Origin: Oscillospiraceae bacterium
Lineage (GTDB): Bacteria > Bacillota > Clostridia > Oscillospirales > CAG-272
Length of the DNA: 64,000 bases
NCBI GenBank assembly: GCA_015065385.1
Contig: SVQK01000056.1
Coordinates: forward strand, 270,983-334,982
Direction: 5' to 3'
Positions 49,299 through 57,051 of the stretch are shown piece after piece. The translations under genes were made by a program, and so were the position numbers. The stretch's first letter is position 1. Each line of letters begins with the position of its first letter. The notes under the pieces are model-generated. The model ran no database searches and was not told the DNA's origin. It worked only from the letters and a program-made list of their open reading frames with translations.

Positions 49299-50338
49299 TT
49301 GACTACGAAGGCAAGCGAAAAGCCGCGGCAGAGGCATTACAGCACAGGCTTGCCGATCTGATGGATGACGCGGGAATCAACTCTAAAGTGCTGGCAAATG
49401 CCATCGGTGTAACCTATTCGAGCATCAACAACATCAAATCGGGGAAGACGGAACCCGGTTTCACCCTTCTGGTGTTGCTGGCAGACTATTTTGCGGTCCC
49501 GCTGGATTATCTCACCGGGAGGTGCAGCTTGCAAACCGCTGAGGACGTGCTGAAGAACTATCCCGAACGGTTTCAGGTTTTACGCCGGGCAGCTTATGAA
49601 GAATATCTTGGATTACGCAAGTATATTCGGATTCCGCTCGGGTATGAAAGCCCGTGGCCCTACAATCTGGTAGAGAGCGTTCGGATGCACTACGCGGAGG
49701 AGGTTTTACGGGAAGATCAGCTGCGCGGGCTGGACAAGGCGATAGACTCCCTGTCAGAAAGGGAACGCGATTCGATCTTGTGCTATTACCGGGATGGTTT
49801 TACCTTACAGCAGATCGGGGACCGCTGGGGAGTTACCCCGCAACGGGTGAGACAGGTTTTGGAAAAGGCCGTCCGAAAGCTCCGTCACCCGGCCCGACAG
49901 AAACTGGTTCTTGAGGGATACGACATCGTGGAGGAGAAGGCCAAAATCGAAAAGCGAAAGGCTGAGTTAAAAGCAGAAGAGGATTCCTTGAACCAGTTAG
50001 CGGATGCGCTTATGGCCAAGCGTCTCAGGCTGTGCGGGCTTCACCACGATCTTGAAGCACTGATTAAGTGGGATTCTGAATTGCGCGATGTGCGGGGAGA
50101 GACCCCGACAATGGATGTGCCGATTGAAAATCTGGACTTGACCGTTCGAGCTTACCACGCCTTGCACCGTGCCGGGTTTCGCACCTTGGGACAGGTGATC
50201 GACGCTGAGGCCGCAGGGAACCTTAAAGGGATCCGTCTGCTCGGCCCCAAGAGCTATGATGAAGTGCTGGGGCGGTGCAAGTGGTTTCTTGAAAACACTC
50301 CGATCTATGAGAATAAAGGTAGGGGTGGCGAAAGATGA
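49295..50338 (+). CDS. Three-module transcription factor: XRE HTH + sigma-70 region 4 + RNAP alpha-CTD-like domain
   Basis: HTH: NSKVLANAIGVTYSSINNIKSGKTEP. Sigma r4: LSERERDSILCYYRDGFTLQQIGDRWGVTPQRVRQVLEKAVRKLRH. AlphaCTD-like: IENLDLTVRAYHALHRAGFRTLGQVID...LKGIRLLGPKSYDEVL. Confidence 0.75.
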   Translation: MIDYEGKRKAAAEALQHRLADLMDDAGINSKVLANAIGVTYSSINNIKSGKTEPGFTLLVLLADYFAVPLDYLTGRCSLQTAEDVLKNYPERFQVLRRAAYEEYLGLRKYIRIPLGYESPWPYNLVESVRMHYAEEVLREDQLRGLDKAIDSLSERERDSILCYYRDGFTLQQIGDRWGVTPQRVRQVLEKAVRKLRHPARQKLVLEGYDIVEEKAKIEKRKAELKAEEDSLNQLADALMAKRLRLCGLHHDLEALIKWDSELRDVRGETPTMDVPIENLDLTVRAYHALHRAGFRTLGQVIDAEAAGNLKGIRLLGPKSYDEVLGRCKWFLENTPIYENKGRGGER

Positions 50339-50703
50339 AACTCACGGATTTCAAGGTCGGCGATAGGTTATGGCGTGTTGACTTCGACAAGAAGACCGGC
50401 GCGGTTTCATATACACCATTTCCGATTTCAAAGGTCGGTCGGAAATATGTGTATGTCCGGATTGGGTGTTGGGATACGCAGTTTCAGATGCACATTAAGG
50501 AAGGCTGCTTTTTGGAAGTGAAGGATTGGGGTTCTCCTGAAGTTCTATATTTCTCGGAGCAGGATGCTCGGGATTATGTAGAGCGGAGGAATTGTGAGGA
50601 TTTCCTCGCCCGGCTCGATAGCTGGGGATTAAGAAAATACAGTCTGGAAACCCTGCGGAAAGCCGTCCGAATTTTGAAGACGGGGGAAAAAGAAAATGGC
50701 TGA
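50335..50703 (+). CDS. Hypothetical protein (122 aa)
   Basis: Coupled ORF (ATGA overlap). Confidence 0.6.
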   Translation: MKLTDFKVGDRLWRVDFDKKTGAVSYTPFPISKVGRKYVYVRIGCWDTQFQMHIKEGCFLEVKDWGSPEVLYFSEQDARDYVERRNCEDFLARLDSWGLRKYSLETLRKAVRILKTGEKENG

Positions 50704-50968
50704 AAAAACATATGTACAATGCAAATATCGTGTCGAGTATTATGCGACGGAAGAGGATGCAATGAATGGTTGTCCCACTCTCGAAGACAGATACATCGCT
50801 GGCGAGTATAAACATGTGGAATGGGATGGCGCGGTTTTAACCGTTGGTAAGAAAAAAATATATTCAGAATATGCCGAAGAGGTGTACGGCTATACAGGTA
50901 TAGATTTTCTCAAAATAGATGGGACGGTTTATGTAGGAGAAGAAAGCGGAGGAGGTGAGCAATTCTGA
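50696..50968 (+). CDS. Hypothetical protein (90 aa)
   Basis: Coupled ORF (ATGGCTGA overlap). Confidence 0.55.
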   Translation: MAEKTYVQCKYRVEYYATEEDAMNGCPTLEDRYIAGEYKHVEWDGAVLTVGKKKIYSEYAEEVYGYTGIDFLKIDGTVYVGEESGGGEQF

Positions 50969-51426
50969 TGGAGTACAATGACTATCGGTTAAGCGATGCC
51001 GAGTTGGATCAATACGCTGACATACTTGCTGAGGACACCGCCCACACACAGCGGTTTGAAGGCCACCACGACACCGTTGCCGAGTGCGTATTGGAGCTGG
51101 TTCGGCGCGAGCTCGAGAGAAATGAACTCGGTAGTGATGATGCGGTTCCGGTACTATCGGAACAAGGCCCGCGATTGCTGGCCTTGGCCGAGGTGCTGGC
51201 CTACACGGACGATGATGTTCTCTACATCGAAACGGCGGTCACAAATGAAGCAAAGCCCGCAATATACCAACCGGCGACTTCAGATCTGGTTGGAGGGGCC
51301 TTGTATTTCTCAAGTTCTAAGGCAAAAACCGGGCTTTACAGGATAAAGTTCTACGGAAAAACGTGGAGGTGCTGGAGCGCCAGACCTACCTACGAGCAGA
51401 GAAAAGAGGTGCCTTGGAATGGCTGA
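50968..51426 (+). CDS. WRCW-family paralog A
   Basis: C-terminus FYGKTWRCWSARPTYEQRKEVPWNG. The internal EQGPRLLALAEVL is shared with three later paralogs. Confidence 0.6.
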   Translation: MEYNDYRLSDAELDQYADILAEDTAHTQRFEGHHDTVAECVLELVRRELERNELGSDDAVPVLSEQGPRLLALAEVLAYTDDDVLYIETAVTNEAKPAIYQPATSDLVGGALYFSSSKAKTGLYRIKFYGKTWRCWSARPTYEQRKEVPWNG

Positions 51427-52021
51427 AAAACCGATCCTGTTCGGCACAGAAATGGTATGTGCCATCCTCGACGGGCGGAAGACGCAGACACGGAGAGTTA
51501 TCAAACCCCAGCCGTCTGATGGAAAAAAGCCGATGGTCGATCCGTTCTATGGAACATATGGCTATGAAAGAGCGGATGAGAAACGGACCCCATACGCCAT
51601 CGACGATATTCTTTGGGTGCGCGAGACATGGAAAAACGCAACCGGAGATCCGGCTGGTGGCGGGTATGCCCTTTTTGACACCTACATCTACAAAGCCGAT
51701 GGACAAGCAAAGGTTGACTATCCGACAGATGAAATGCTGGTTGAAGACCGCTGGCGTCCCTCTATCTTTATGCCGAAGAGTGCCGCGCGGATTTTCCTCC
51801 GGGTGAAGAACGTGTGGGTCGAACGGCTACAGGACATCGATGCGATAGATTGTGTTGCCGAGGGATGCGATGCTGATATGCTATCCGGTGTTGGTCCGGA
51901 GTTTACACGCGGCGTTTTTAACGGGATATGGGACAGTACGATCAAGGAGAAAGATTTTCCGTTTTATAGCTGGGACGCAAACCCATGGGTATGGGTGCTT
52001 TCATTCGAAAGAATCCAATGA
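51419..52021 (+). CDS. Conserved phage protein (ASCH/PUA-like N-terminal motif)
   Basis: PILFGTEMVCAILDGRKTQTRRVIKPQP...ILWVRETW is a pattern I recall from ASCH-domain phage proteins. Confidence 0.55.
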   Translation: MAEKPILFGTEMVCAILDGRKTQTRRVIKPQPSDGKKPMVDPFYGTYGYERADEKRTPYAIDDILWVRETWKNATGDPAGGGYALFDTYIYKADGQAKVDYPTDEMLVEDRWRPSIFMPKSAARIFLRVKNVWVERLQDIDAIDCVAEGCDADMLSGVGPEFTRGVFNGIWDSTIKEKDFPFYSWDANPWVWVLSFERIQ

Positions 52022-52051
52022 AGAATCGGGTTTGAAATTGCAATGAGGAGG
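52020..52051 (+). repeat. 32-bp direct repeat, copy 1 (gene junction plus RBS)
   Basis: GAAGAATCGGGTTTGAAATTGCAATGAGGAGG, identical to 52730-52761. Confidence 0.9.
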
Positions 52052-52057
52052 TGCGGG

Positions 52058-52396
52058 ATGACAAACCGTGAGGCGTTCGGAGTTTATTTGCGGTGCCAGT
52101 TAGAAATCGGCGTTCAAGCGGTGGAAAAACTGAGCGATTTCGTGTTCGTGGCTTGGGCGTTCGCAAACAAAGAAGCGGCCATCCGGGAGAAGATCAACGA
52201 TGCTTTGACTTTCTTCTGGTACACGCAGGGCGGGAGGAAATACGGCAAGGGTATAGACAATGTGGTCTTGTGGCTCGGTGCGGAATTCGACGGCGACATC
52301 GACGAATGCCGGAAGATATGGAGCGAATCGGACTGTAGCTGGGCTGAAGAGATCACAAAGGGTTTCGGGGAAATTAGAGGAGACAGCGATGATTGA
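52058..52396 (+). CDS. Hypothetical protein (112 aa)
   Basis: ATG 52058 lies 6 nt after the GAGGAGG provided by the repeat. Confidence 0.55.
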   Translation: MTNREAFGVYLRCQLEIGVQAVEKLSDFVFVAWAFANKEAAIREKINDALTFFWYTQGGRKYGKGIDNVVLWLGAEFDGDIDECRKIWSESDCSWAEEITKGFGEIRGDSDD

Positions 52397-52745
52397 GTTT
52401 GAAACTATGGCACAACCCAAAGCGCGAAAACAGCACAAATGCTATTTGTGCGGGTATCCGATTGTCTATGGTGAGCGCTATTTCCGCCATTCGGGAAAGT
52501 GTGACGGGGAGTTCTTCGATAACTGCTACCATGAGGAGTGTTCCGATCTGATAGAATCCTACTGCCGTGAGTTCATGGAAACAGAATGGGACCGTGATGC
52601 CATAAGTGAGTGGCTGAGTGACCGTTATTGCCGTGATTGTCGGCATGGAACAGAACAAGACGATGATTGCGAAGTCTCTGTTCTCCTGTGTCGGTCGATC
52701 CGTGCAAAATACAGAGCAGAGCACAGACAGAAGAATCGGGTTTGA
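52389..52745 (+). CDS. Cys-rich hypothetical protein (118 aa)
   Basis: ATG 52389. The sequence KCYLCGYPI...CYHEEC...YCRDCRHG suggests zinc binding. Confidence 0.55.
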   Translation: MIEFETMAQPKARKQHKCYLCGYPIVYGERYFRHSGKCDGEFFDNCYHEECSDLIESYCREFMETEWDRDAISEWLSDRYCRDCRHGTEQDDDCEVSVLLCRSIRAKYRAEHRQKNRV

Positions 52746-52761
52746 AATTGCAATGAGGAGG
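52730..52761 (+). repeat. 32-bp direct repeat, copy 2
   Basis: Identical to 52020-52051. Here the upstream stop codon lies inside the repeat in a different frame. Confidence 0.9.
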
Positions 52762-52765
52762 CTGG

Positions 52766-52984
52766 ATGAAACGAATAATCTGTGATCGGTGTAAGGTCGA
52801 ATATGCACCTGCTCCGGATTGGACGCAAGTCCCGAAGTTTGAGTACCGGGTGCGTTACTACTATTACGGCGGAGGAACGTATAGAGCCGCGACTTTGGAC
52901 CTCTGCCAAGAATGCCAGAAAGATCTGGACGAGTTCATCAAGGCAAAAAGCAAAATCCAGAAAGGGGATAGCACAGATGATTGA
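52766..52984 (+). CDS. Zn-ribbon small protein (72 aa)
   Basis: CDRC...CQEC pattern, with the RBS supplied by the repeat. Confidence 0.55.
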   Translation: MKRIICDRCKVEYAPAPDWTQVPKFEYRVRYYYYGGGTYRAATLDLCQECQKDLDEFIKAKSKIQKGDSTDD

Positions 52985-53113
52985 CACGGAATGGCTGAAC
53001 GCGGCTATCGCCACGATCCAATCCGGGATAGCCGACAAGCTGACGAAGGGGAACGTCACTGTTTACCGGGTGCTCAATATCATAAGAATCGACATCAACT
53101 TGGGGGCGGGAAA

Positions 53114-53347
53114 ATGAATAAGTTGCTGGGTTTCCTAAAACGTTGTCAGCGGAATCGGAACAAGCCGGATCTGCATTCATTCTGGATCGAGATAGACGGC
53201 GGCAGAGCGTATGTAGACTGTGACGGGGACGGTGTGTACATAGAGGCCCACACCTCTGCCGGGATAGCCCGTTGGCGAGGAAACCTCGTCGAAGCGGCTA
53301 ACAGGCTATCCGATTCCGGGGCGGTCTTCGGATCCATCGATATGTGA
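53114..53347 (+). CDS. Hypothetical small protein (77 aa)
   Basis: ATG 53114 inside track ORF 52991..53347. Confidence 0.45.
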   Translation: MNKLLGFLKRCQRNRNKPDLHSFWIEIDGGRAYVDCDGDGVYIEAHTSAGIARWRGNLVEAANRLSDSGAVFGSIDM

Positions 53348-53365
53348 AGTGAGGAGCTGAAAAAG

Positions 53366-53551
53366 ATGAAAGGCAACGAAATCAAAGAGACAGATCGCAA
53401 ACGATGGGAGAAAGCCGGAATGATCCCCGCTGCTTGTCGCTTTTGTGGGGAGATTATGCTTTTCCCGAAGGAAACCTATAAAACGGAGCAGTTAGCCGGA
53501 TATGAGTGTGCGAACTGCAAGGCGCTTATGCGTATGTTCGGGAGAAGGTAA
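53366..53551 (+). CDS. Zn-ribbon small protein (61 aa)
   Basis: CRFCGE...CANC pattern. Confidence 0.5.
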   Translation: MKGNEIKETDRKRWEKAGMIPAACRFCGEIMLFPKETYKTEQLAGYECANCKALMRMFGRR

Positions 53552-53555
53552 GCGG

Positions 53556-53867
53556 ATGAGCGACTTTGTAAGCCGTCAATGGCTGATTGATGAATACCAC
53601 CGGAGGCATCAAGGACCTCCGGGCGGTGCGCTGAAAATGATCGAAGAAGCTCCCGCCGCCGATGTGGAGCCGGTAGTTCATGGGTTCTGGTACTTACGAG
53701 GTGGACGCCCATGTTGCTCCGTGTGCAATACAAAGGCGCTTTGGAAAGACGAGGGCGGGACTGGCGGGTTCTCACACGAATACGTCGGAGCCAAAAGCAA
53801 ACGATGTCCGGAGTGCGGGGCCAGAATGGATAAGGGAGGAAAAACAGATGATAAAAATACTGTGTGA
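53556..53867 (+). CDS. Small Zn-ribbon protein, AADVEPV-HG-W paralog 1
   Basis: MSDFVSRQWLIDEY...APAADVEPVVHGFW...CSVC...CPECGARMD. Confidence 0.55.
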   Translation: MSDFVSRQWLIDEYHRRHQGPPGGALKMIEEAPAADVEPVVHGFWYLRGGRPCCSVCNTKALWKDEGGTGGFSHEYVGAKSKRCPECGARMDKGGKTDDKNTV

Positions 53868-54132
53868 TAAGTGCGGGGCTGATTGCGACAGAGTTTCCTT
53901 TGCGGTGTCCGTTTCATTGATTCATAATCCGAGCCCTTTGTATGTAGGGGATACCGGCAACCCCACGTTAACCGACGAACCCAATAAACATGTGCAGTTC
54001 ATTCTTTGTCAAGATTGCTATACAAAGTTGGGGCTTCCGAACGTGTACTTACAACGCCCTAACAGCAAGCGTATCGCATGGCGAGAGACCGATGGGGACA
54101 GCGATGCCAAAGAGGTCAGTGATGCCGAATAA
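53848..54132 (+). CDS. Zn-ribbon small protein (94 aa)
   Basis: MIKILCDKCGADC...CQDC pattern. Confidence 0.5.
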   Translation: MIKILCDKCGADCDRVSFAVSVSLIHNPSPLYVGDTGNPTLTDEPNKHVQFILCQDCYTKLGLPNVYLQRPNSKRIAWRETDGDSDAKEVSDAE

Positions 54133-54508
54133 CGAGTATGTTTTGCGGAGCGATGCGCTGAAAGCTGTCTGTGAGAACTGCTCTATGCACGGATCGGACG
54201 GAGAGCCTTGTTCGAGTAGATGCGAAGATTATGCGCTGGTTCAGAAGATCCCCGCTGCCGACGTGGAGCCTGTGAAGCACGGATATTGGGTTTATAAGAT
54301 GCGGGAGCGAAACAAATGCGAGTTTGTGTCCGGCTTTGATCACTTGGGGGATTGGCACACTATAACCGTGATTACTCATGTCAAAGGGCCTGTTCCTTAT
54401 TGTGGATTGTGTGGTGCGCTGGCTGCGGAAAGTTTTCTGGATCATTGCCCGAGGTGCGGCGCGAAGATGGACACCGAACCGCCGAAGGAGGAAGATAATG
54501 CTGATTAA
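54122..54508 (+). CDS. Small Zn-ribbon protein, AADVEPV-HG-W paralog 2
   Basis: IPAADVEPVKHGYW...CGLC...CPRCGAKMD. Confidence 0.55.
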   Translation: MPNNEYVLRSDALKAVCENCSMHGSDGEPCSSRCEDYALVQKIPAADVEPVKHGYWVYKMRERNKCEFVSGFDHLGDWHTITVITHVKGPVPYCGLCGALAAESFLDHCPRCGAKMDTEPPKEEDNAD

Positions 54509-54743
54509 ATTCACAGGTAACACTCCGGATAATTTGGCCGCATATATCAATCCCGCATATGTATCTGCTGTATTGCCACGGCGCAATATATTAACAGGGG
54601 AAGTCCTTGATGGAACTTCAATCTATTTGGTAGGCGATGAAAGACCCATACATGTGAAGGAAGAGGTGGAAGAGGTCGTTGATACGATATTGAAAAGCAC
54701 TATGGTGACATTCCTTGTTCCGGATCCGCCAAAGGAGGACTAA
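54498..54743 (+). CDS. Hypothetical small protein (81 aa)
   Basis: ATG 54498 after GGAGGAAG. Confidence 0.5.
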   Translation: MLIKFTGNTPDNLAAYINPAYVSAVLPRRNILTGEVLDGTSIYLVGDERPIHVKEEVEEVVDTILKSTMVTFLVPDPPKED

Positions 54744-54747
54744 ATAA

Positions 54748-54942
54748 ATGACAGTTTGTGACCGATGCAGAAAAGAACTCCATGATCGGGTAGTTATTCG
54801 TAGGTGCATAAGAATATTCGGGAATATCATTTTTAGCGAAGACGGTATTTTGTGTAAGGAGTGCTGGAACGATTTCAAGCGGTTCATAACGCCGATTACT
54901 ACAAAGCCGTCGAAGGAGAAGGACGATGAAAAAGCAGATTGA
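54748..54942 (+). CDS. Zn-ribbon small protein (64 aa)
   Basis: CDRC...CKEC pattern. Confidence 0.5.
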   Translation: MTVCDRCRKELHDRVVIRRCIRIFGNIIFSEDGILCKECWNDFKRFITPITTKPSKEKDDEKAD

Positions 54943-55246
54943 TATAGAAGACAGCATAGGTATTATTCAGAAGGTTGCCAACAACGGGAAAATGCTGTGG
55001 GAACTCCATGAGGGAGAAGTGGTTTCGATCACATACAACCGCTATTCAGGGCGGCGAGTTAAGGCGAGGGGTTTTTATACCTTTGATGACGACGCTATAA
55101 CCGACATCGAAAACAATACCGCGTGGTTGAAAGAATCCCCCGCATTGACACTTGTAAATGAACCGTTTATCCTGACGGACGAGCTGAGACAGCGAGCGAA
55201 CCGGTGGATCGAAACTCAGAACGCAAGAGGTGATGACGATGCCTGA
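54926..55246 (+). CDS. Hypothetical protein (106 aa)
   Basis: Coupled ORF whose stop lies inside the ATGCCTGA junction. Confidence 0.55.
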   Translation: MKKQIDIEDSIGIIQKVANNGKMLWELHEGEVVSITYNRYSGRRVKARGFYTFDDDAITDIENNTAWLKESPALTLVNEPFILTDELRQRANRWIETQNARGDDDA

Positions 55247-55640
55247 ACGCCTGAAACGCGTGTACGCATTCCAATGCCCGCATTGTGGCCGAGAGATCAA
55301 ATACAACCGAAACTACTACGACAAGAAGATAGCTGAGCTGAAAGCGTCCATCACGAGCATCCATGCCCAACTGACGGAGCATAAAGACGACGGGGATCCT
55401 GATTGGAAGAAACGGTGCGTTGCGGCAAAGGGAGCTATGGAACAGCAGCTCGCAGAGCTGAAGAGTTTCCGGGCCGAGGCTAATGTGCTCGTGAAAGAAC
55501 GAATTGATGATGCTTTCAAAGGGGTGGTAAAAGAGAAGATAGGAGAGGAAAACTACATCAAGTGGATGCAGGAGGCCGAACAGCGGATTGAGTACGCCGA
55601 TACCAAGGAGCTGATGCGACATGACGGGGGAGGCGTTTGA
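55239..55640 (+). CDS. Zn-ribbon plus coiled-coil protein
   Basis: MPERLKRVYAFQCPHCGREIKY... followed by a helical region. Confidence 0.55.
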   Translation: MPERLKRVYAFQCPHCGREIKYNRNYYDKKIAELKASITSIHAQLTEHKDDGDPDWKKRCVAAKGAMEQQLAELKSFRAEANVLVKERIDDAFKGVVKEKIGEENYIKWMQEAEQRIEYADTKELMRHDGGGV

Positions 55641-55641
55641 A

Positions 55642-56067
55642 ATGCCTGATCGAGAAAAAACGATAAAGGGCTTAGAGCATTGCACGAGGTTGTTTGATTG
55701 CAACGGATGCCCGTATTTTTCCAAAGGAATTGATCAGAAGACTTGTATGCTACGAAATGGAAAAGACGCCCTTGCCCTGCTAAAAGCGCTGGAGCCGCGG
55801 TTGCTGACGCTCGAAGAAGTGCTGAATGCTGACGATTTTGTGTGGGCTGAAATTTATACTCCTAAAAAATGGAGTTGGTGCGTTGTCTATGCCAAGATCA
55901 GTCCGCTTGTAGGTAACGATGAGATTGTGTTAATCGAAGAGGACTGCGGAACCGGGTGGGCGAGGAACAAGGCGGAATACGGCAAGCGTGGATTCCTTGA
56001 TGGCGGCTGGCGGTGCTGGTCTGTGCGGCCTACGGAGGATCAGAGGAGAAATGAACCGTGGCAATAA
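55642..56067 (+). CDS. WRCW-family paralog B
   Basis: MPDREKTIKGLEHC...CNGCPYF...DALALLKALEPRLLTLEEV...GGWRCWSVRPTEDQRRNEPWQ. Confidence 0.6.
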   Translation: MPDREKTIKGLEHCTRLFDCNGCPYFSKGIDQKTCMLRNGKDALALLKALEPRLLTLEEVLNADDFVWAEIYTPKKWSWCVVYAKISPLVGNDEIVLIEEDCGTGWARNKAEYGKRGFLDGGWRCWSVRPTEDQRRNEPWQ

Positions 56068-56678
56068 ACGATTTAACCGGGAGCGTATTTGGAAGATGGA
56101 CGGTCATTAAACCAAGTACAAAAACATCTTACTTTGTTTGTGAATGTTCATGTGGAATTATCAAGGATGTTCGGAGAGACCATCTTTTGAGTGGTAAGTC
56201 CAAATCATGTGGCTGTTTGGTAAAAGAAGGTCATTCGCGGATTTATAAAGGGAGACCTGATCGGCGGTCGCTCAATCGTGTGTACGGTTGTATGATTGGT
56301 AGATGTTATAATACTAAATCCGATTCATATGCTTATTATGGCGGCAGAGGAATAACGGTATGTGATGAGTGGAAAGAATCATTTGATGTATTTGCTGAAT
56401 GGGCATATGAAAATGGGTATAAAACAGGATTAACTATTGATAGAATCGACAATAATAAGGGATATTATCCAGAAAACTGTAGAATTGTTACCAAGCAGGA
56501 ACAGAACAACAACAAAAGGAACAATGTAGTTTTGTTAATTGATGGTGTCCGATATACTGTAACTCAAGCGGCGAACAAAGCCGGGATAAAACCTTCAACA
56601 GTATTTAATTGGATATATCGAGGGGCAACGAAAAATGAGGTGATTTCAAAACTAAAGGCGGTGAAGTGGGATGCCTGA
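56058..56678 (+). CDS. AT-rich acquired gene: DNA-binding protein of the YGGRGI...DRID type (freestanding homing-endonuclease-associated/AP2-like family)
   Basis: FGRWTVIKPS...CECSCG...SCGC; YAYYGGRGITVCDEWKESFDVFAEWAYENGY...LTIDRIDNNKGYYPENCRIVTKQEQNNN. The gene is visibly lower in GC than its flanks. Confidence 0.6.
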   Translation: MAINDLTGSVFGRWTVIKPSTKTSYFVCECSCGIIKDVRRDHLLSGKSKSCGCLVKEGHSRIYKGRPDRRSLNRVYGCMIGRCYNTKSDSYAYYGGRGITVCDEWKESFDVFAEWAYENGYKTGLTIDRIDNNKGYYPENCRIVTKQEQNNNKRNNVVLLIDGVRYTVTQAANKAGIKPSTVFNWIYRGATKNEVISKLKAVKWDA

Positions 56679-57051
56679 GCGGAAAAAGGTGATGTTAGAA
56701 ATCGAAAAAGCTATCAATGAAGCTGACAGCACGGCGGCGTTTGCGCTTATACTGACGCACACGTTGAGGGACGCCCTCGCCCTGCTGAAGGGGCAGGAGG
56801 CGCGGGTAGTCAATGTTGGCGACTTCTACGGTGGAGAATTTGGCTATCTTGAATACAGGTCGGACAGACCGAGCTTCTCAAATTTTGAGCCAAGTCCCGT
56901 GCTGATAGGTGACATCGACGAGGAAAACGTCACTGTTATATTCCGTAGTGCTTCGGTACAAAAGCTACAGTTGGACAGGATGAACAAAAACTGGCGTATA
57001 TGGAGCGAATATCCGACGCATGAGTTGTTAAGGACGGTGAAGTGGGAATGA
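56671..57051 (+). CDS. WRCW-family paralog C (divergent)
   Basis: LRDALALLKGQEARVVNVGDF...KNWRIWSEYPTHELLRTVKWE. Confidence 0.55.
   Translation: MPERKKVMLEIEKAINEADSTAAFALILTHTLRDALALLKGQEARVVNVGDFYGGEFGYLEYRSDRPSFSNFEPSPVLIGDIDEENVTVIFRSASVQKLQLDRMNKNWRIWSEYPTHELLRTVKWE

Noticed and set aside
52977-53117. A 46-aa ORF (MIDTEWLNAAIATIQSG...) between two Zn-ribbon genes.
   Set aside because: It is plausibly coupled (an ATGA-type overlap). It is very short, has no motif and has only a weak RBS, so support was insufficient to list it as a feature.
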